From an uncultured bacterium (GTDB lineage Bacteria; Spirochaetota; Spirochaetia; Treponematales; UBA12059): DNA of 50,989 nt. The stretch is from NCBI GenBank assembly GCA_964293355.1, contig CAXZAJ010000002.1:1-50989 (forward strand), written 5' to 3'. A program made the translations under genes and the position numbers. Positions within the stretch are counted from its first letter, which is position 1; every line of letters begins with the position of its first letter. This document shows, one piece after another, positions 50,413 through 50,989 of this stretch. The notes below the pieces were generated by a model, which searched no databases, was not told the origin of the DNA, and worked only from the letters and a program-made list of their open reading frames with translations.

Positions 50413-50989
50413 ACGTTTTGACGCTTGCCCGTAATGACCTGAGGCTGCTGTGGAGGCATGGATTCGCGGCGGCCTACCTGGTCATCGCGGTACTCTACGC
50501 TGCCGTGCTGTCAGCGCTGCCGAGGGCTTGGGCCGATGCGGTCCTGCCGGTGCTCGCGTGGAGCGATCCCGCCTTCTTCTGCTTTTTTTTCGCCGGTGCG
50601 AGCGTTTGTCTTGACCTTTCTCAGGGAACCTTCCGGGCGCTGTTTGCCTCGCCGCTCAGGCCTTCGACGTATCTGATCGTCAAGGCTGCGAATCTCGGAA
50701 TACTGTCGTTTGCCATGGCCGCGCTCATCTCGGCGAGTTCACGCGGGACTGATTTCAGGTTCTGGCCGCTCGCGGCGGCTGCGCTTGCCGGTGGGGTACC
50801 TGCCGCGGTGATAGGTGCTGCCGCCGCCCTTCGTCTGAAGACCGTCAACCGATTCATGATTGGTTCGCTGCCACTCTTCCTGGTCCTTGCGTTGCCCGTC
50901 GCTGCGTATGCTGCCGGAAGCGCCACGCCGTGGTGGCTTTCAATCGTCGCCCGCGCCTCGGATGGGCGCTGCCCGCCGACCAAGTTGAC
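50409..50989 (+). CDS. ABC-2 type exporter permease (3' end outside the window)
   Basis: Not in the ORF track because no stop codon is reached. I translated it by hand from ATG 50409, which overlaps the ATPase stop (ATGA): MNVLTLARNDLRLLWRHGFAAAYLVIAVLY. It is hydrophobic and the frame is open to the window end. Confidence 0.65.
   Translation, partial: MNVLTLARNDLRLLWRHGFAAAYLVIAVLYAAVLSALPRAWADAVLPVLAWSDPAFFCFFFAGASVCLDLSQGTFRALFASPLRPSTYLIVKAANLGILSFAMAALISASSRGTDFRFWPLAAAALAGGVPAAVIGAAAALRLKTVNRFMIGSLPLFLVLALPVAAYAAGSATPWWLSIVARASDGRCPPTKL

Overview
High-GC (about 60% by eye) bacterial chromosomal segment with about 45 genes. I cannot assign a taxon without a search. All product calls come from motif and architecture recognition, not database hits.

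**Gene content, left to right**
- Two sensor kinases and an NtrC-type sigma54 activator, followed by an ato-like short-chain fatty-acid operon: atoE, atoD, atoA, an SCP-x-type thiolase, and an orphan glycyl-radical activase.
- plsC, a TetR regulator and a STAS protein.
- An AfuABC/FbpABC-type ABC importer.
- ansA, truA, an RluA-family synthase, a ybeD-like gene, a MATE exporter and sbcB.
- fur-feoA preceded by a near-consensus Fur box.
- An HWE-type kinase, a DEAD-box helicase and srkA.
- A low-GC islet carrying a Y1 (IS200/RAYT-type) transposase.
- An ABC-F ATPase, slyX, pmbA-tldD and trkA-trkH.
- A GGDEF cyclase and a three-gene ABC-2 transporter.
- An MFS transporter and hrpB.
- A nuclease-fold and amidohydrolase gene pair, an aminotransferase, and a TetR-ABC-2 exporter.

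**Main unexplained signal**
- The word GGGGWCAGAGC(T) occurs 27 times perfectly. A further 12 copies differ only by A at the first G.
- That is roughly one copy per 1.3 kb, against about 0.1 perfect copies expected from base composition.
- Copies lie on both strands and in all reading frames inside conserved genes, as well as between genes, and have no conserved flanks.
- The distribution is patchy. Copies cluster at gene boundaries and next to the Y1 transposase.
- This behaves like an uptake-signal-type or otherwise driven genomic word rather than a classical REP, MITE or CRISPR repeat.

**Secondary candidates**
- A sigma54 promoter with an upstream inverted repeat in front of atoE.
- A ykkC-family-like riboswitch candidate upstream of the ABC-2 transporter.
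- A 24-bp palindrome between sbcB and fur.
- Two in-frame tandem repeats.
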